64,000 bases of DNA from Treponemataceae bacterium. GTDB taxonomy: Bacteria > Bacillota > Clostridia > Lachnospirales > Lachnospiraceae. Below the pieces are notes generated by a model. That model saw only the letters and a program-made list of their open reading frames with translations. It was not told the DNA's origin and did no database searches. Both the position numbers and the translations under genes were made by a program. The stretch's first letter is position 1. Every line of letters begins with the position of its first letter. Location: assembly GCA_963599255.1 (NCBI GenBank), contig CAVBWS010000002.1, positions 6,578 to 70,577 on the forward strand, given 5' to 3'. This document shows positions 42,682-52,614 of the stretch, piece by piece.

Positions 42682-43539
42682 TCAGAATCTGATGTTTTTT
42701 CGGTCTTCCCAAAAGAGTTGAACATTTCGAAATTCCGTCTGCAGTTCCCGCATACTATGCTGCACTTGACCTCTTGCATCTGCTTCCGGCACCGCTTCGT
42801 TTTCCGGAATCATACGTACGCTTTTTCCATTCTTCCAATGAACTCCATGCCATACAGTAAAAATCGTTTCCTGCCCATCCGGAAGATCTCTGATATAACG
42901 TACTGCCGTGGCATAACGAGGGAACCGCGAAATGTGATACAGCGGATAGGATATCCCGTTTCCTCCGCTGATCCCGATACAGGCCGCATCCCTTTCAGAA
43001 AGACTGTTGTCTATCCCCAGAATTTGCGCATTAAGCGGTGCGACAAACTCCACTGCCTCCAGGCCGCATCCCACATCTTCAATTGCCATATTGATATAAT
43101 GTCGCAGGTGTGCTCCAGGAAACCAGATTTTATAAAACAGATCTTGTTCTTCAGGTCTGAAATGATCTTGAAAAAACCGCATTTTCTCCTCAGTGATCCC
43201 CTCGCCCTTCACCCTGATAAGAGAAAACCCTATTCCATTTTTCATGACCCTATATCCCGTACGGAGCCTATTGATCTCCGATGTATTCATGATTTTGGCA
43301 TAATCCTCAGGCATAAAGCATTCTTCTTCTGCCAACAAGGTGCCTCTTTGTGCTGCAAGTTCATTTTCCGGTGTTGCGTTCGCCGCTCCCAAATAGAAAT
43401 ATTTGGCATAAGGAGATTTCTGTTCTTCTTCTGTAAGTTGTAGCGACATGGTTTTAATTTCCGAATCCCAGTCACTTATTTCCCAAGATCCTCGTCCGCA
43501 ATTCTGTACCTGCCAGATGGTTCGTTCTTTATCTGCCAT
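42682..43539 (-). CDS. Hypothetical protein, possibly of the DAPG/phloretin hydrolase (PhlG-like C-C hydrolase) family
   Basis: About 285 aa. The size and a C-terminal HxxxE (VQHSMRELQ) preceded by WHGVHW resemble the PhlG/Phy zinc site as I recall it. The assignment is weak. Confidence 0.4.
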   Translation of the reverse strand: MADKERTIWQVQNCGRGSWEISDWDSEIKTMSLQLTEEEQKSPYAKYFYLGAANATPENELAAQRGTLLAEEECFMPEDYAKIMNTSEINRLRTGYRVMKNGIGFSLIRVKGEGITEEKMRFFQDHFRPEEQDLFYKIWFPGAHLRHYINMAIEDVGCGLEAVEFVAPLNAQILGIDNSLSERDAACIGISGGNGISYPLYHISRFPRYATAVRYIRDLPDGQETIFTVWHGVHWKNGKSVRMIPENEAVPEADARGQVQHSMRELQTEFRNVQLFWEDRKNIRF

Positions 43540-43760
43540 TGCCATTTCCCTCCTCTGAATTTATGTTCCCTTCGGCTGTTTTAATCGCCACTATAAAGAA
43601 TGGGTCGCAACCTGTCAAGAAACTGGCCCTATATTTATCTTCAGAAGAAACATTGACAAAACTCTTTCGGAAGTATGATAATGTCCCTGTGATTGCTGCG
43701 CTTGATTATATATTGCGAATGAAATTATGAGATTGAGAGTACTTTATCCTAATGTCCTGA

Positions 43761-43802
43761 ACAACAAAACACCGGGATCACTCGTAATCCAAGTGATCCC
43801 GG
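43761..43802 (-). terminator. Intrinsic terminator downstream of tRNA-Ser
   Basis: CCGGGATCACT-(9 nt)-AGTGATCCCGG followed on the minus strand by TGTTTTGTTGTT. Confidence 0.6.
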
Positions 43803-43814
43803 CATTCCATCCAG

Positions 43815-43902
43815 CGGAGAAGGAGGGATTTGAACCCTCGCGCCGCGTTAACGACCTACACCCTTAGCAGGGGCGCCTCTTCGGCCTCTTGAGTACTTCT
43901 CC
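43815..43902 (-). tRNA. tRNA-Ser (anticodon GCT)
   Basis: On the minus strand: GGAGAAG...CTTCTCC acceptor stem, anticodon stem CGCCC/GGGTG with loop CTGCTAA, a long variable arm and a T-loop GGTTCAAATCC. CCA is not encoded. Confidence 0.9.
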
Positions 43903-44019
43903 TCATTAGTCCAAAGTCTGTAAGACTTCTGTTAAATTATGCACTGCCAAGTCACAGTGCAAGATGTATTTTACAGGAGTCTCTGCATTTTGTCAAGAAC
44001 AACGAAGGAAGGAAATCTT

Positions 44020-44934
44020 ATGAATACTATGCAAATCGACTGCTTTCTGGAAGCTGCCAAATGCAAGTCTTTTTCTACCGCTGCTTCCAGATTATTTGTT
44101 TCCCAGCCTACTTTAAGCAGGAACATTGCTCTTCTTGAAAAGGAATTAGGCCTGACCCTGTTCCTTCGCAATTCATTTCGGGGAATAGATCTGACAGAGT
44201 CAGGCAAAATAATGATGGAAGCCTTCTCCAGTGCCAAAAGAACAACCGCAGCCGCCCTGACACATGCGCTGGAGATTGAAAATTCCAAAACCATACACAT
44301 GACCCTGGGTTTACTGGAAGGACAGCTGCTGGATGACAAGCTGGGAGCACTGTTAGACTCCTTTAAGCAAAGTTATCCGAACATAAAGATCAATATCCGA
44401 AGGGCATCCTATCAGGTGCTGATGCAGGAACTGCGAAGCGACGAGATCGCTCTGGTTTTCATGCCTGCATGGCAGTTTGCCGAAAGCTCCGGCCTATCTA
44501 TATATCACGTATGCGACATTGAAACAGTACTTGTCATACCTAAGCGCCTTATTCCCCATATTGATGATGGAGTCCATTCTCTTCGGGAATTTGAGAAATA
44601 TCCCATTGTATCTGCAGACGAGAACGAGAGCCGTATTTCCTGTGAGATGCTGCAGCACCTCTGTCAGGAATCAGGGATCAACCCGCCTATTCAATATGTG
44701 AACAACCTTCATGAACAGATTCAGGCGGTGGAAATGGGAGAGGCCATGACCCTCATCAACCCGTACAATTCCATCTGCTACAGCCCTAACGTAAACTGCG
44801 TAAAGGTCAAGGAACTTATTCCGCAGCCATTCGCCATCGCATGGAGCAATGACAATTACTCTGAAGGAACCGAATATTTTCATTCGTTTCTCGCCAATAC
44901 AGGTATTACATGTTTGTCAGATTATGACGAATGA
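44020..44934 (+). CDS. LysR-family transcriptional regulator
   Basis: MNTMQIDCFLEAAKCKSFSTAASRLFVSQPTLSRNIALLEKELG is the canonical LysR HTH. The RBS is AAGGAAGG. Confidence 0.9.
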   Translation: MNTMQIDCFLEAAKCKSFSTAASRLFVSQPTLSRNIALLEKELGLTLFLRNSFRGIDLTESGKIMMEAFSSAKRTTAAALTHALEIENSKTIHMTLGLLEGQLLDDKLGALLDSFKQSYPNIKINIRRASYQVLMQELRSDEIALVFMPAWQFAESSGLSIYHVCDIETVLVIPKRLIPHIDDGVHSLREFEKYPIVSADENESRISCEMLQHLCQESGINPPIQYVNNLHEQIQAVEMGEAMTLINPYNSICYSPNVNCVKVKELIPQPFAIAWSNDNYSEGTEYFHSFLANTGITCLSDYDE

Positions 44935-44944
44935 GTTCCTGAAT

Positions 44945-45358
44945 TCATATATCGGCGCTGGCTTTACAGCAATAATCATAAATGGAATCCGTTATACTGC
45001 CGATTCCTGCGATTCGTGCGCCCGAAAAATACCGCACAATCCCGCACTCCTTCAGAAAGTCAATCTTTCTTTCTGTGATCTGTGCAGGTGTAAGTCCATT
45101 ATATAACTGCATTATGACATAGAGGACACCCCGGATAAGCATCGTATCCGAGGTCGCCTCCATCTGAAACGTCTTATCCTGCATATGATATTTTATCCAT
45201 ACCTTCGATTGACATCCTCTCTGCAAATATTCATCCTTCATCAGCTCTGGCTGGTCAGGCGGCACATATGCAGATAATTCCACGAGAAATGAATATCCCA
45301 GCAGTTCATCTTCAAATGCATTTAATTCTTCTTTTATTTCCTTGATTCTTTCTTCCAT
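44945..45358 (-). CDS. SufE-like sulfur-acceptor protein
   Basis: 137 aa. RGCQSKVWI contains the conserved persulfide-accepting Cys context of SufE/CsdE. Confidence 0.8.
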   Translation of the reverse strand: MEERIKEIKEELNAFEDELLGYSFLVELSAYVPPDQPELMKDEYLQRGCQSKVWIKYHMQDKTFQMEATSDTMLIRGVLYVIMQLYNGLTPAQITERKIDFLKECGIVRYFSGARIAGIGSITDSIYDYCCKASADI

Positions 45359-45771
45359 TTTATTTTTTCCAGAATGATCCGGGCAAGTTCATCTGTGGTC
45401 CCAATGTCAGCAGTATTATACGGAGGATAACTGAAATCAAACTCCTCCGAAAGCGACATGAACAGCAGCACCTTCTTAGTCATGAATGAGCTTGTAGCCC
45501 CGCAATGCTTAGATACGTCCAGAAGAGCCGCCTCATTAGGATTCAATCTGGAGGCCTTAGCCACGCTTAGCTGTGCCAGTTCATTCAGGTTGTGAGTCGG
45601 CGGCAGCTCCTTCTCGTCATCCAGCAAGAATTTATATATGACATAACGATAAATATGTTCAGAAAATTCTGAAGGAGTCGGATCTGCCAGCTCCTTCAGA
45701 ATATGTATTTCTTTTTCTGCCTGAACATTTGCAATGGTCAATCTTTTGATAATTCCATTTTTGTCAAGCAT
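45334..45771 (-). CDS. Hypothetical protein
   Basis: 145 aa. It overlaps the SufE-like gene by 25 nt. I recognise no motif. Confidence 0.5.
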   Translation of the reverse strand: MLDKNGIIKRLTIANVQAEKEIHILKELADPTPSEFSEHIYRYVIYKFLLDDEKELPPTHNLNELAQLSVAKASRLNPNEAALLDVSKHCGATSSFMTKKVLLFMSLSEEFDFSYPPYNTADIGTTDELARIILEKIKWKKESRK

Positions 45772-45826
45772 AATGCCCTCTTTCCTTTTTTAGCCAAATT
45801 TTTCTGATCTTCCCTGCGATCAGCGT

Positions 45827-47386
45827 CTAACAGACAAGTACCTCCAAACCTAAAATTCTGCCCAATTCTTTCATTTCTTCGTAGTAATCGCCATATACAA
45901 ATGGTACGTGATTGCCTACCTGAATCTGAGCATCATAGAATTTCTGAGTATCTGCTATTTGGAATAATGTGCCATGTGTGCAGTTATCCATGTCATATCC
46001 GAATCCGCCCTTCAAGGTGCCCCTGGATACCAGCAGCTTGTCGCAGTTCGGGCTGAAACGGCACATGGTGATTACCTGTCCCTGATCCGCATCGAAATCT
46101 CTTCTCATGGTTACGCCGAATCCGCTATATGCAAATGGTCTGATAGAGAATCTTGCGCCTTCTTCGTCGAATCCCTTCATCTTACGATTTCCTACAGAAT
46201 GCTGGGTCATAACCATGTTAGGTACGCCGCGCAGAGCATTCCATTTCTCTGTTCCTATATGATCCTTAGAGAAATGCTGAACATATCCGTCTTCTGTTAG
46301 TGTTCCGTCCGGTAATGTAAGTACTGCTGTATTGCCCATATATGAAGCCTTGCCTGCCACAGCCTGAAGTGCTGCCTGAGCGATTACCGCACCTATATCG
46401 TATTCACATGCAGATGGTACGCCATTTTCATTATTCAGAGAATGAGCGATGCAGAAGGTGAAACGTTCCTTGTTGATACGGCATGTAGAACATGCATCCG
46501 GGCAGTTTGCCGTAAATGCATTGCACTCATTTACCTTCAGAAGCTTTTGTACCAGCTGGTACATCTTAACAGAAGGAACCATGTTTTCTCTGTCCATTGC
46601 GCACGGATCAGCATCCTTCATAAGTTCATCTATTATCTCATTTACATGAACCATGTCCTCGGCATTGATATTTTCCTGATGTCTTCCCGGCGTAGTATAA
46701 TTCGTGGTAGGATCGATCTCATGAATCTGGTCAATAACTTCATGCAGATTAGCAAATCTGAACTTCGTTCCCAGAACCTCTGTAACCTTATCAAGACTTA
46801 TAAACGAATCATTTGAATCGTGTAATGAGTAATCATGTCCGAATCTTGATACGCATAAAACTCTGGTATTGGCCAATGCTTTTCTTGCTCTTAATACACG
46901 CAGCTGTCTTTTGAACTGATCCCAGTTGAGAAGCGAATACGTTTCAACACCTCTTGCCAGCATGGCTGATGTATTGATGGTTGCGCCGTAATCATTGCCT
47001 ACAAATATAACCGGCTTTTTCACCATCTGGGCAAATTCAACTATCATCTCTCCTGTTCTGCCTGTGGTGGATACGAAATATACGTCCGTGTCCTCTGAAC
47101 CTACACAGAGTTTTCTCATTTCTTCCTCAGAAACACGCCAGTTTTCCGTATGATTCATATACCTCTTAGGCTCAAGAAGTTCTACGCCCTCCGGCAGATT
47201 ATAACGGATGCCCATCTGAACGCCCTTGTAAGCCTCATTATTGATCATCTCGTCAAACTCACGCTCTAATTCCTTACCCTTGCCGAATCGACAAGGTCCC
47301 TCATACGGCAGTTCGTGAACTATGTCGAAAAATACCAGACGACATTTTAATACTGTATCATGAATTGTTTCAAAATCAGTGCCCAT
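45827..47386 (-). CDS. L-fucose/L-arabinose isomerase superfamily-like protein with a Cys-rich insert
   Basis: 519 aa from the ATG at 47386 (RBS AGAGGAGG). VPSACEYDIGAV and C-terminal GNHVPFVYGDY..LGRILGLEV resemble FucI/AraA-family blocks. An unusual CPDACSTC segment is present. Confidence 0.5.
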   Translation of the reverse strand: MGTDFETIHDTVLKCRLVFFDIVHELPYEGPCRFGKGKELEREFDEMINNEAYKGVQMGIRYNLPEGVELLEPKRYMNHTENWRVSEEEMRKLCVGSEDTDVYFVSTTGRTGEMIVEFAQMVKKPVIFVGNDYGATINTSAMLARGVETYSLLNWDQFKRQLRVLRARKALANTRVLCVSRFGHDYSLHDSNDSFISLDKVTEVLGTKFRFANLHEVIDQIHEIDPTTNYTTPGRHQENINAEDMVHVNEIIDELMKDADPCAMDRENMVPSVKMYQLVQKLLKVNECNAFTANCPDACSTCRINKERFTFCIAHSLNNENGVPSACEYDIGAVIAQAALQAVAGKASYMGNTAVLTLPDGTLTEDGYVQHFSKDHIGTEKWNALRGVPNMVMTQHSVGNRKMKGFDEEGARFSIRPFAYSGFGVTMRRDFDADQGQVITMCRFSPNCDKLLVSRGTLKGGFGYDMDNCTHGTLFQIADTQKFYDAQIQVGNHVPFVYGDYYEEMKELGRILGLEVLVC

Positions 47387-47563
47387 AAAAAACCTCCTCT
47401 TTGCAGTGTTTTTGGTAACAAGGTTATCGTAGCACAACAAAAAGAAGGTTCTCTAATTGATTCTAAGCATAACTGATTTAATTATTAAATACACATATTC
47501 CAGACTTCGCCCGCAGCCTGATTTTTTAATGCTAACTTGCTTTGGATGCTGACTTCACCCCCT

Positions 47564-48217
47564 TCATGCAGAGTGTACAGCACTCGCTCTGTTAAGAAGA
47601 GCCTCTCCGTTAGCCTTAAGCCAGTCATGCCACTTGTAATATTCCGGATAGACCTTCAGGACCTCTTCGTAGAATCTGCCGGAATGGTTCATTTCCTTCC
47701 TGTGGCACAGTTCATGTACGACCACACTGTCTAATACCTCCGGCGGCGCCAGCATGAGAAGACAATTAAAATTAAGATTGCCCTTACTGCTGCAGCTCCC
47801 CCATCTTGTTTTCTGGCATCTTATGGTAATCCGGCCATATGTAACACCTATCAGCGGCGCATAATATCTTACTCGTTCAGGGATCACTTGCACCGCCCTT
47901 TGACCTAACTCATTTATCTGTTCTAATGTAAGTGCGCCCTGTACTGCTGCCTTATCTTTCTGATCATTTGCCATGGCAAGATGTTTTTCTATCCAATTCC
48001 TGTGTTTCTGGACGAATTGCCTAATCTCTGAATCAGAACAAATAAGAGGTGCCCTGACTACCAGAGCACCATTTTTTATTTCTGCAGATATAGTCCTTCG
48101 CCTGCTTCGTATGACCCTCACATCAAGACCATCTATCTCAATCAATTTTATATCCTCACAATATACCTTTCCCGTGGCAATCTCATATATCAGGCACGGA
48201 TGTACAACAAATTTCAT
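47564..48217 (-). CDS. YgjP-like (DUF45/M48-type) zinc metallopeptidase
   Basis: HELCHRKEMNHS is the HExxH motif. RRRTISAEIKNGALVVRAPL is typical of the family. The start is uncertain: ATG at 48217 or TTG at 48250. Confidence 0.7.
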   Translation of the reverse strand: MKFVVHPCLIYEIATGKVYCEDIKLIEIDGLDVRVIRSRRRTISAEIKNGALVVRAPLICSDSEIRQFVQKHRNWIEKHLAMANDQKDKAAVQGALTLEQINELGQRAVQVIPERVRYYAPLIGVTYGRITIRCQKTRWGSCSSKGNLNFNCLLMLAPPEVLDSVVVHELCHRKEMNHSGRFYEEVLKVYPEYYKWHDWLKANGEALLNRASAVHSA

Positions 48218-48348
48218 TAAATGATATCCTGCGTACCGGAACTGTGTCAATATTGCTCGCCCTTATCTTCCCCTCTGATCATTTTATGACGCATCTTCCT
48301 GCACTTTACATATTCAACACTCACTCCGAACCGGATCTATTGATATAT

Positions 48349-49410
48349 TTAATATAATATCTTCCTGTATCCGGGATATTTTGAAAACCACTTCTTCGCA
48401 CATTCATCATATGAGGCATAATCGGGATCCCCTCTATGATCCGTCAGATCATACATTTCCTTCAGGTCCTCACCCAAGGCTCTTGTGAATTTGACGCTGC
48501 CTGATATATTCAGATGCTGCCAGTCTGCACACTGTGTCTGATAGTCTATACCCACAGAATTCTCTGGCAGATTATAATTGATGCCGGTTATGCCATATTT
48601 TTCAGCAATTTCAAATGCCGCACAATAATACAGATGATCATGCTTATAGTCAGCATTAGGATATCCTATCAGCTGAACCGTGATATCATTATCTACGCAC
48701 AGCTGTAATATCTTCTCAAAATATTCTATCTCATGCTCATTTACATAGCTGGCTGTTTTAAAGGAATAATCAATATTCGGCTCATCGTGTGCCGCTGTTT
48801 CATCCTTCTCGATATATCCCTTCCAGCTGCTGCCTCTCTTGCCGTATGACGGCGGGATGTCGAAATCAGACCAGGTCCTGCTCACATAGTTTGTATGGAT
48901 CTGCGGAAATGCCAGTGCATACCCCAGGAATTCCTCCGGCTCCACACATTCATATATGCACTGCAGTCTGCTGATCGGATTAAGCAGACCAAATGAACAC
49001 AGTACGGTCCTCGTTCTGTCCACCTTATCATCAAGGTATGTTATCGCCTTAAGGTCCAGCAACACCACCTTCGGCTTTTGATATTTCAAGGCTTCCTTAA
49101 GATAAAAATATGTACTCCAATACGGCTGCTCAGCCGTAGCCAGATCATAACATGCGATTCCGTATTCATCCCACAGGATGTTGGTATTAAGATCCGTATA
49201 TGTAAGGCTGGTTCCGATTGCCAGCACGTCTATGTTCCCCTCAGGTATACTGTAATAATTATATAAGGCGCATATTCCGTATGGATATTTCGGGGTCAGA
49301 ACATAGATAACATAGGTAAGCAGCATCAGCATAACCGCCACAAATGCTATAAGTCTCACCCAGAATAGTTTCTTTCTTCGATTTTCCTTAATCTCTTTTT
49401 TATCTTCCAT
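48349..49410 (-). CDS. Membrane-anchored DltD-like/SGNH-fold protein of the carrier-protein acylation operon
   Basis: 353 aa with an N-terminal TM. AIGTSLT is Ser-block-like and ADWQHLN is DxxH-block-like. It is positioned after the MBOAT gene. Confidence 0.5.
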   Translation of the reverse strand: MEDKKEIKENRRKKLFWVRLIAFVAVMLMLLTYVIYVLTPKYPYGICALYNYYSIPEGNIDVLAIGTSLTYTDLNTNILWDEYGIACYDLATAEQPYWSTYFYLKEALKYQKPKVVLLDLKAITYLDDKVDRTRTVLCSFGLLNPISRLQCIYECVEPEEFLGYALAFPQIHTNYVSRTWSDFDIPPSYGKRGSSWKGYIEKDETAAHDEPNIDYSFKTASYVNEHEIEYFEKILQLCVDNDITVQLIGYPNADYKHDHLYYCAAFEIAEKYGITGINYNLPENSVGIDYQTQCADWQHLNISGSVKFTRALGEDLKEMYDLTDHRGDPDYASYDECAKKWFSKYPGYRKILY

Positions 49411-49553
49411 ATCAGTATTATCTATTATGTAAAATTCATTGCAAAAATTTGCTCTCAGCTCTCTCAGGTTGTCTGATCATTTATACATACCCACAGCAGT
49501 TCTTTTGATCAAGCGTCCCTATTGCACAAGAAGCATTTCTCCCTTTGCGGCTT

Positions 49554-51152
49554 CTAAAAATGTGTATACAGGAAGGCTGACGCATCAAATCCTGTTCCGT
49601 AGCAGCCGTAAACCAGCACGATCAGTATAAGTACGATAATGATCGGCCATCTGATGAAGAACGGCCCCTTGGCCAGCTTCATATTAAGGTCAGGCTTCTT
49701 CTCACAAATGATATCGACCACCAGAAGGATAACACACGCCCCTGCTGCTATATACCATTCAAGAGCCGTCATCGCTGAAGTAAACTGAACCGCCGGATTA
49801 TGGAAGTTCCAGTTCTTAAAGGAATTGACTAACATCTGCCAGCCCACCGAAGGACCTGAGGTAAATGCAAAATATTGCGGAATAAGTATCAATATCCAGG
49901 TCCGGACCATGGTAAATGTCTTCCAGCCCAGACTCTTTTCATTTACATGAAGTTTCTTCTTCAACTTCTTAAATGCCGGATCCAGCAGCAGCTCGATTCC
50001 CATGGTAAGGCCGTAGTAAAGTCCGAATATAAGAGCGTTGCCATTGGCCGTATGCCATATTCCGATGAGGAAGAATATAATGATTGTGGAAACTGTTGCC
50101 GGAAGTGCACGGCCTGCCTTCTTACCGAAGAGCTTTCGGCCTATCTTGCTCAGCACAAGACCAAATCCGCTGGTTGTGATGGGATAAAACAGATAACTTC
50201 TGAACCAGGTGCCCAGTGTTATATGCCATCTGCGCCAATATTCAGCCACACTGTGGGAGAAGAACGGCCTTCTGAAATTCTCTGCCATATCTATGCCCAT
50301 CATCTTAGCCGCACCTCTTATGACATCCATGCCGCCGGAGAAGTCAGCATATAATCTGACCGAATAAATAATAACTGCCAGAACAATAAACCAGCCCTTA
50401 TAGTCAGGATTTATAACATCTGTAACCAGTGCCAGTCGGTCGGCTATTACCATTTTTTTGAAGAATCCCCACAAGGCCAGTTGTACACCCATGACAAAAT
50501 TGTCCGGATCGAATCTGTTGCCGTTAATAAGCTGAGGCATTAACTGCGGATATGTGGATATAGGTCCCTGGGTCATCTGCGGGAAGAAGGATACAAACAG
50601 GAGGTACTTAAACGGATTTTTTTCAGCTGGGTATTTGCCTCTGTAAATATCTACCATATATCCTACGCTCTGGAACGTAAAATACGATAATCCCAGCGGG
50701 ACTATCAGGCTTAACTGCGGAATTGAAGTGATCCACGCCCGCAGACAGTCATAATATTTCGTAAATGCCATTGCCGCAAAGGGCAGGATAATAGAGACTG
50801 CCAGTACGATTTTCCTGAGCTTTTTGGTATTGCGGCTGGAGGAAAACCAACCCTTGTCAGGAAGGCGGGAAATATAATGACCGTCCCCATTTTCATTAGC
50901 AGCCTCCCTTAAGGCTTCCTCTATTCTGGAGATTTCCTTTTCCTTACCGATCAGCCGTTCCTGCAGAATTGACGACAGGAAGGTAACGCCCGCCACAAGC
51001 ACCAGCCATACGCAGCCCTGCCAACCGGACAATGCATAGAAAACACAGCTGGCTGCAAGTAAGACCAGCCACCTGTGTTTCAGAGGTATGATGTAATAAA
51101 GAATAACTGTAGCTAAAACAAATGCTACGAATTCAATTGAGAGTATGCTCAT
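49554..51152 (-). CDS. MBOAT-family membrane-bound O-acyltransferase (DltB/AlgI-like)
   Basis: 532 aa and polytopic, with the conserved His context in IGIWHTANGN. Confidence 0.85.
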   Translation of the reverse strand: MSILSIEFVAFVLATVILYYIIPLKHRWLVLLAASCVFYALSGWQGCVWLVLVAGVTFLSSILQERLIGKEKEISRIEEALREAANENGDGHYISRLPDKGWFSSSRNTKKLRKIVLAVSIILPFAAMAFTKYYDCLRAWITSIPQLSLIVPLGLSYFTFQSVGYMVDIYRGKYPAEKNPFKYLLFVSFFPQMTQGPISTYPQLMPQLINGNRFDPDNFVMGVQLALWGFFKKMVIADRLALVTDVINPDYKGWFIVLAVIIYSVRLYADFSGGMDVIRGAAKMMGIDMAENFRRPFFSHSVAEYWRRWHITLGTWFRSYLFYPITTSGFGLVLSKIGRKLFGKKAGRALPATVSTIIIFFLIGIWHTANGNALIFGLYYGLTMGIELLLDPAFKKLKKKLHVNEKSLGWKTFTMVRTWILILIPQYFAFTSGPSVGWQMLVNSFKNWNFHNPAVQFTSAMTALEWYIAAGACVILLVVDIICEKKPDLNMKLAKGPFFIRWPIIIVLILIVLVYGCYGTGFDASAFLYTHF

Positions 51153-52614
51153 TTTCCCACTCCTGTCTTATTCGGACACGGTCCATTTTACCGTTGCCGG
51201 TTTCGGGGAGAGAATCTTTATGAACATATATATCGGGTAACATATATTTAGGAAGCTTTTTCTTGAGGGCTCTTGTGATTTCCTTCTCATCAGGCTCCCC
51301 CGTATAAAAGCTTATGATGTCTTCTGTCTTACTGTCGAACAGACAGCATCCCTTCTTAATGCCCGGAATGCTGCTCAATGCCGTCTCTATCTCGCCGAGT
51401 TCAATCCTGTATCCGTGGCGTTTGATCTGAGAATCCTTGCGTCCTAAGAACATCAATTCACCACGATCATTATACTCGCCCAGGTCTCCTGTTTTGTAGA
51501 TGATCTCTCTTATCTGAGGCCTTAACGGATTCTGGACAAATACTTCTGATGTCTTCTGCGGAGCATTATAATATCCCGGTGACAGACACGTTCCGCCTAC
51601 GCAGATCTCACCGTCTATCAGTCCCACCCAAGTGTTCGCACAGGCCTTGCCTATAGGAAGCGAATCCGTATCAGCAAATTCTCGATCGATTATATAATAC
51701 GCACACACATCTGTTATTTCCGTAGGACCGTACATATTAACATATGATGCCTTCGGAAGATATTTTTTCCAGATATTCAGCGTACTGCAATGCATAACTT
51801 CACCGCAGAAGAATATATTTTTGATCGCCGGTACGGTCTGCTCCAGTGCTCCGCTTGATGCAACATTTGCCAGTGCGGACGGAACCCAGAACAGCGTATT
51901 GATGCCCCGTTCTTCTATATATTTTAATAATTTGCCCGGAAATGAAAACAGTGATGCCGGAATGAAATCCACGCATGCACCAACTCTGATGGACGTGTAT
52001 ATATCAAGCACGGAATTGTCGAAATAAAGCGGCGCCTGATTGCCGAAAATGCAGCTCTCGTCCACCGGAAGTGTTGATGATGTCCAGTCTATAAAATCAA
52101 CAACGCTTCTGTGTGTGATCGCTACGCCCTTAGGAAGTCCTGTTGAGCCGCTGGTAAAGAGTACATACAGAAGGTCGTTGTCCAGATGCTGTTCCCTGAC
52201 TTCTGCCAATGCATCCTCATCGATTTCAGCCGGAATGTCTTCCTCTGCAAATACTTCCACATCAGCCAGTTCTCTGGCCGTGTCTGTATGCTTGCTGCTG
52301 CAGACAATGCAGGAAGGCTGAAGCACTGAAACTATGAGCTTCATTCTCTCCTTCGGCATAGCCGGATCTATTGGTGTGTAAAAGCATCCCGCCCTTACTA
52401 TTCCCTGCATGGCGCACAAACACAAAGGTCCCTTATCCATAAATAAAAGAACCCCTGTCTGCCTGTCAACCTTATGTGCCAGGAAACTTCCGATCTGCTT
52501 AGATCTTAAATTCAGCTGTGAATATGTGACTTCGGTGTCTTTGCCTTTAAATGCCGGAGCATTCGGCCTGCGCTGTGCAGATGCTTCCAGCCAGTCTAAA
52601 ACATTGCGTGTCAT
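51133..52614 (-). CDS. DltA-like carrier-protein ligase (adenylate-forming enzyme)
   Basis: Core AMP-binding motifs FTSGSTGLPKGV, YGPTE, YKTGD and GRKDSQIKRHGYRIELGEIE. Confidence 0.85.
   Translation of the reverse strand: MTRNVLDWLEASAQRRPNAPAFKGKDTEVTYSQLNLRSKQIGSFLAHKVDRQTGVLLFMDKGPLCLCAMQGIVRAGCFYTPIDPAMPKERMKLIVSVLQPSCIVCSSKHTDTARELADVEVFAEEDIPAEIDEDALAEVREQHLDNDLLYVLFTSGSTGLPKGVAITHRSVVDFIDWTSSTLPVDESCIFGNQAPLYFDNSVLDIYTSIRVGACVDFIPASLFSFPGKLLKYIEERGINTLFWVPSALANVASSGALEQTVPAIKNIFFCGEVMHCSTLNIWKKYLPKASYVNMYGPTEITDVCAYYIIDREFADTDSLPIGKACANTWVGLIDGEICVGGTCLSPGYYNAPQKTSEVFVQNPLRPQIREIIYKTGDLGEYNDRGELMFLGRKDSQIKRHGYRIELGEIETALSSIPGIKKGCCLFDSKTEDIISFYTGEPDEKEITRALKKKLPKYMLPDIYVHKDSLPETGNGKMDRVRIRQEWENEHTLN

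Noticed and set aside
43654-43682. Plus-strand promoter-like TTGACA...TATGATAAT upstream of the tRNA region.
   Set aside because: It would read antisense through tRNA-Ser and a strong hairpin before reaching the LysR gene about 370 nt away, so it is probably fortuitous. I kept it out of the feature list.
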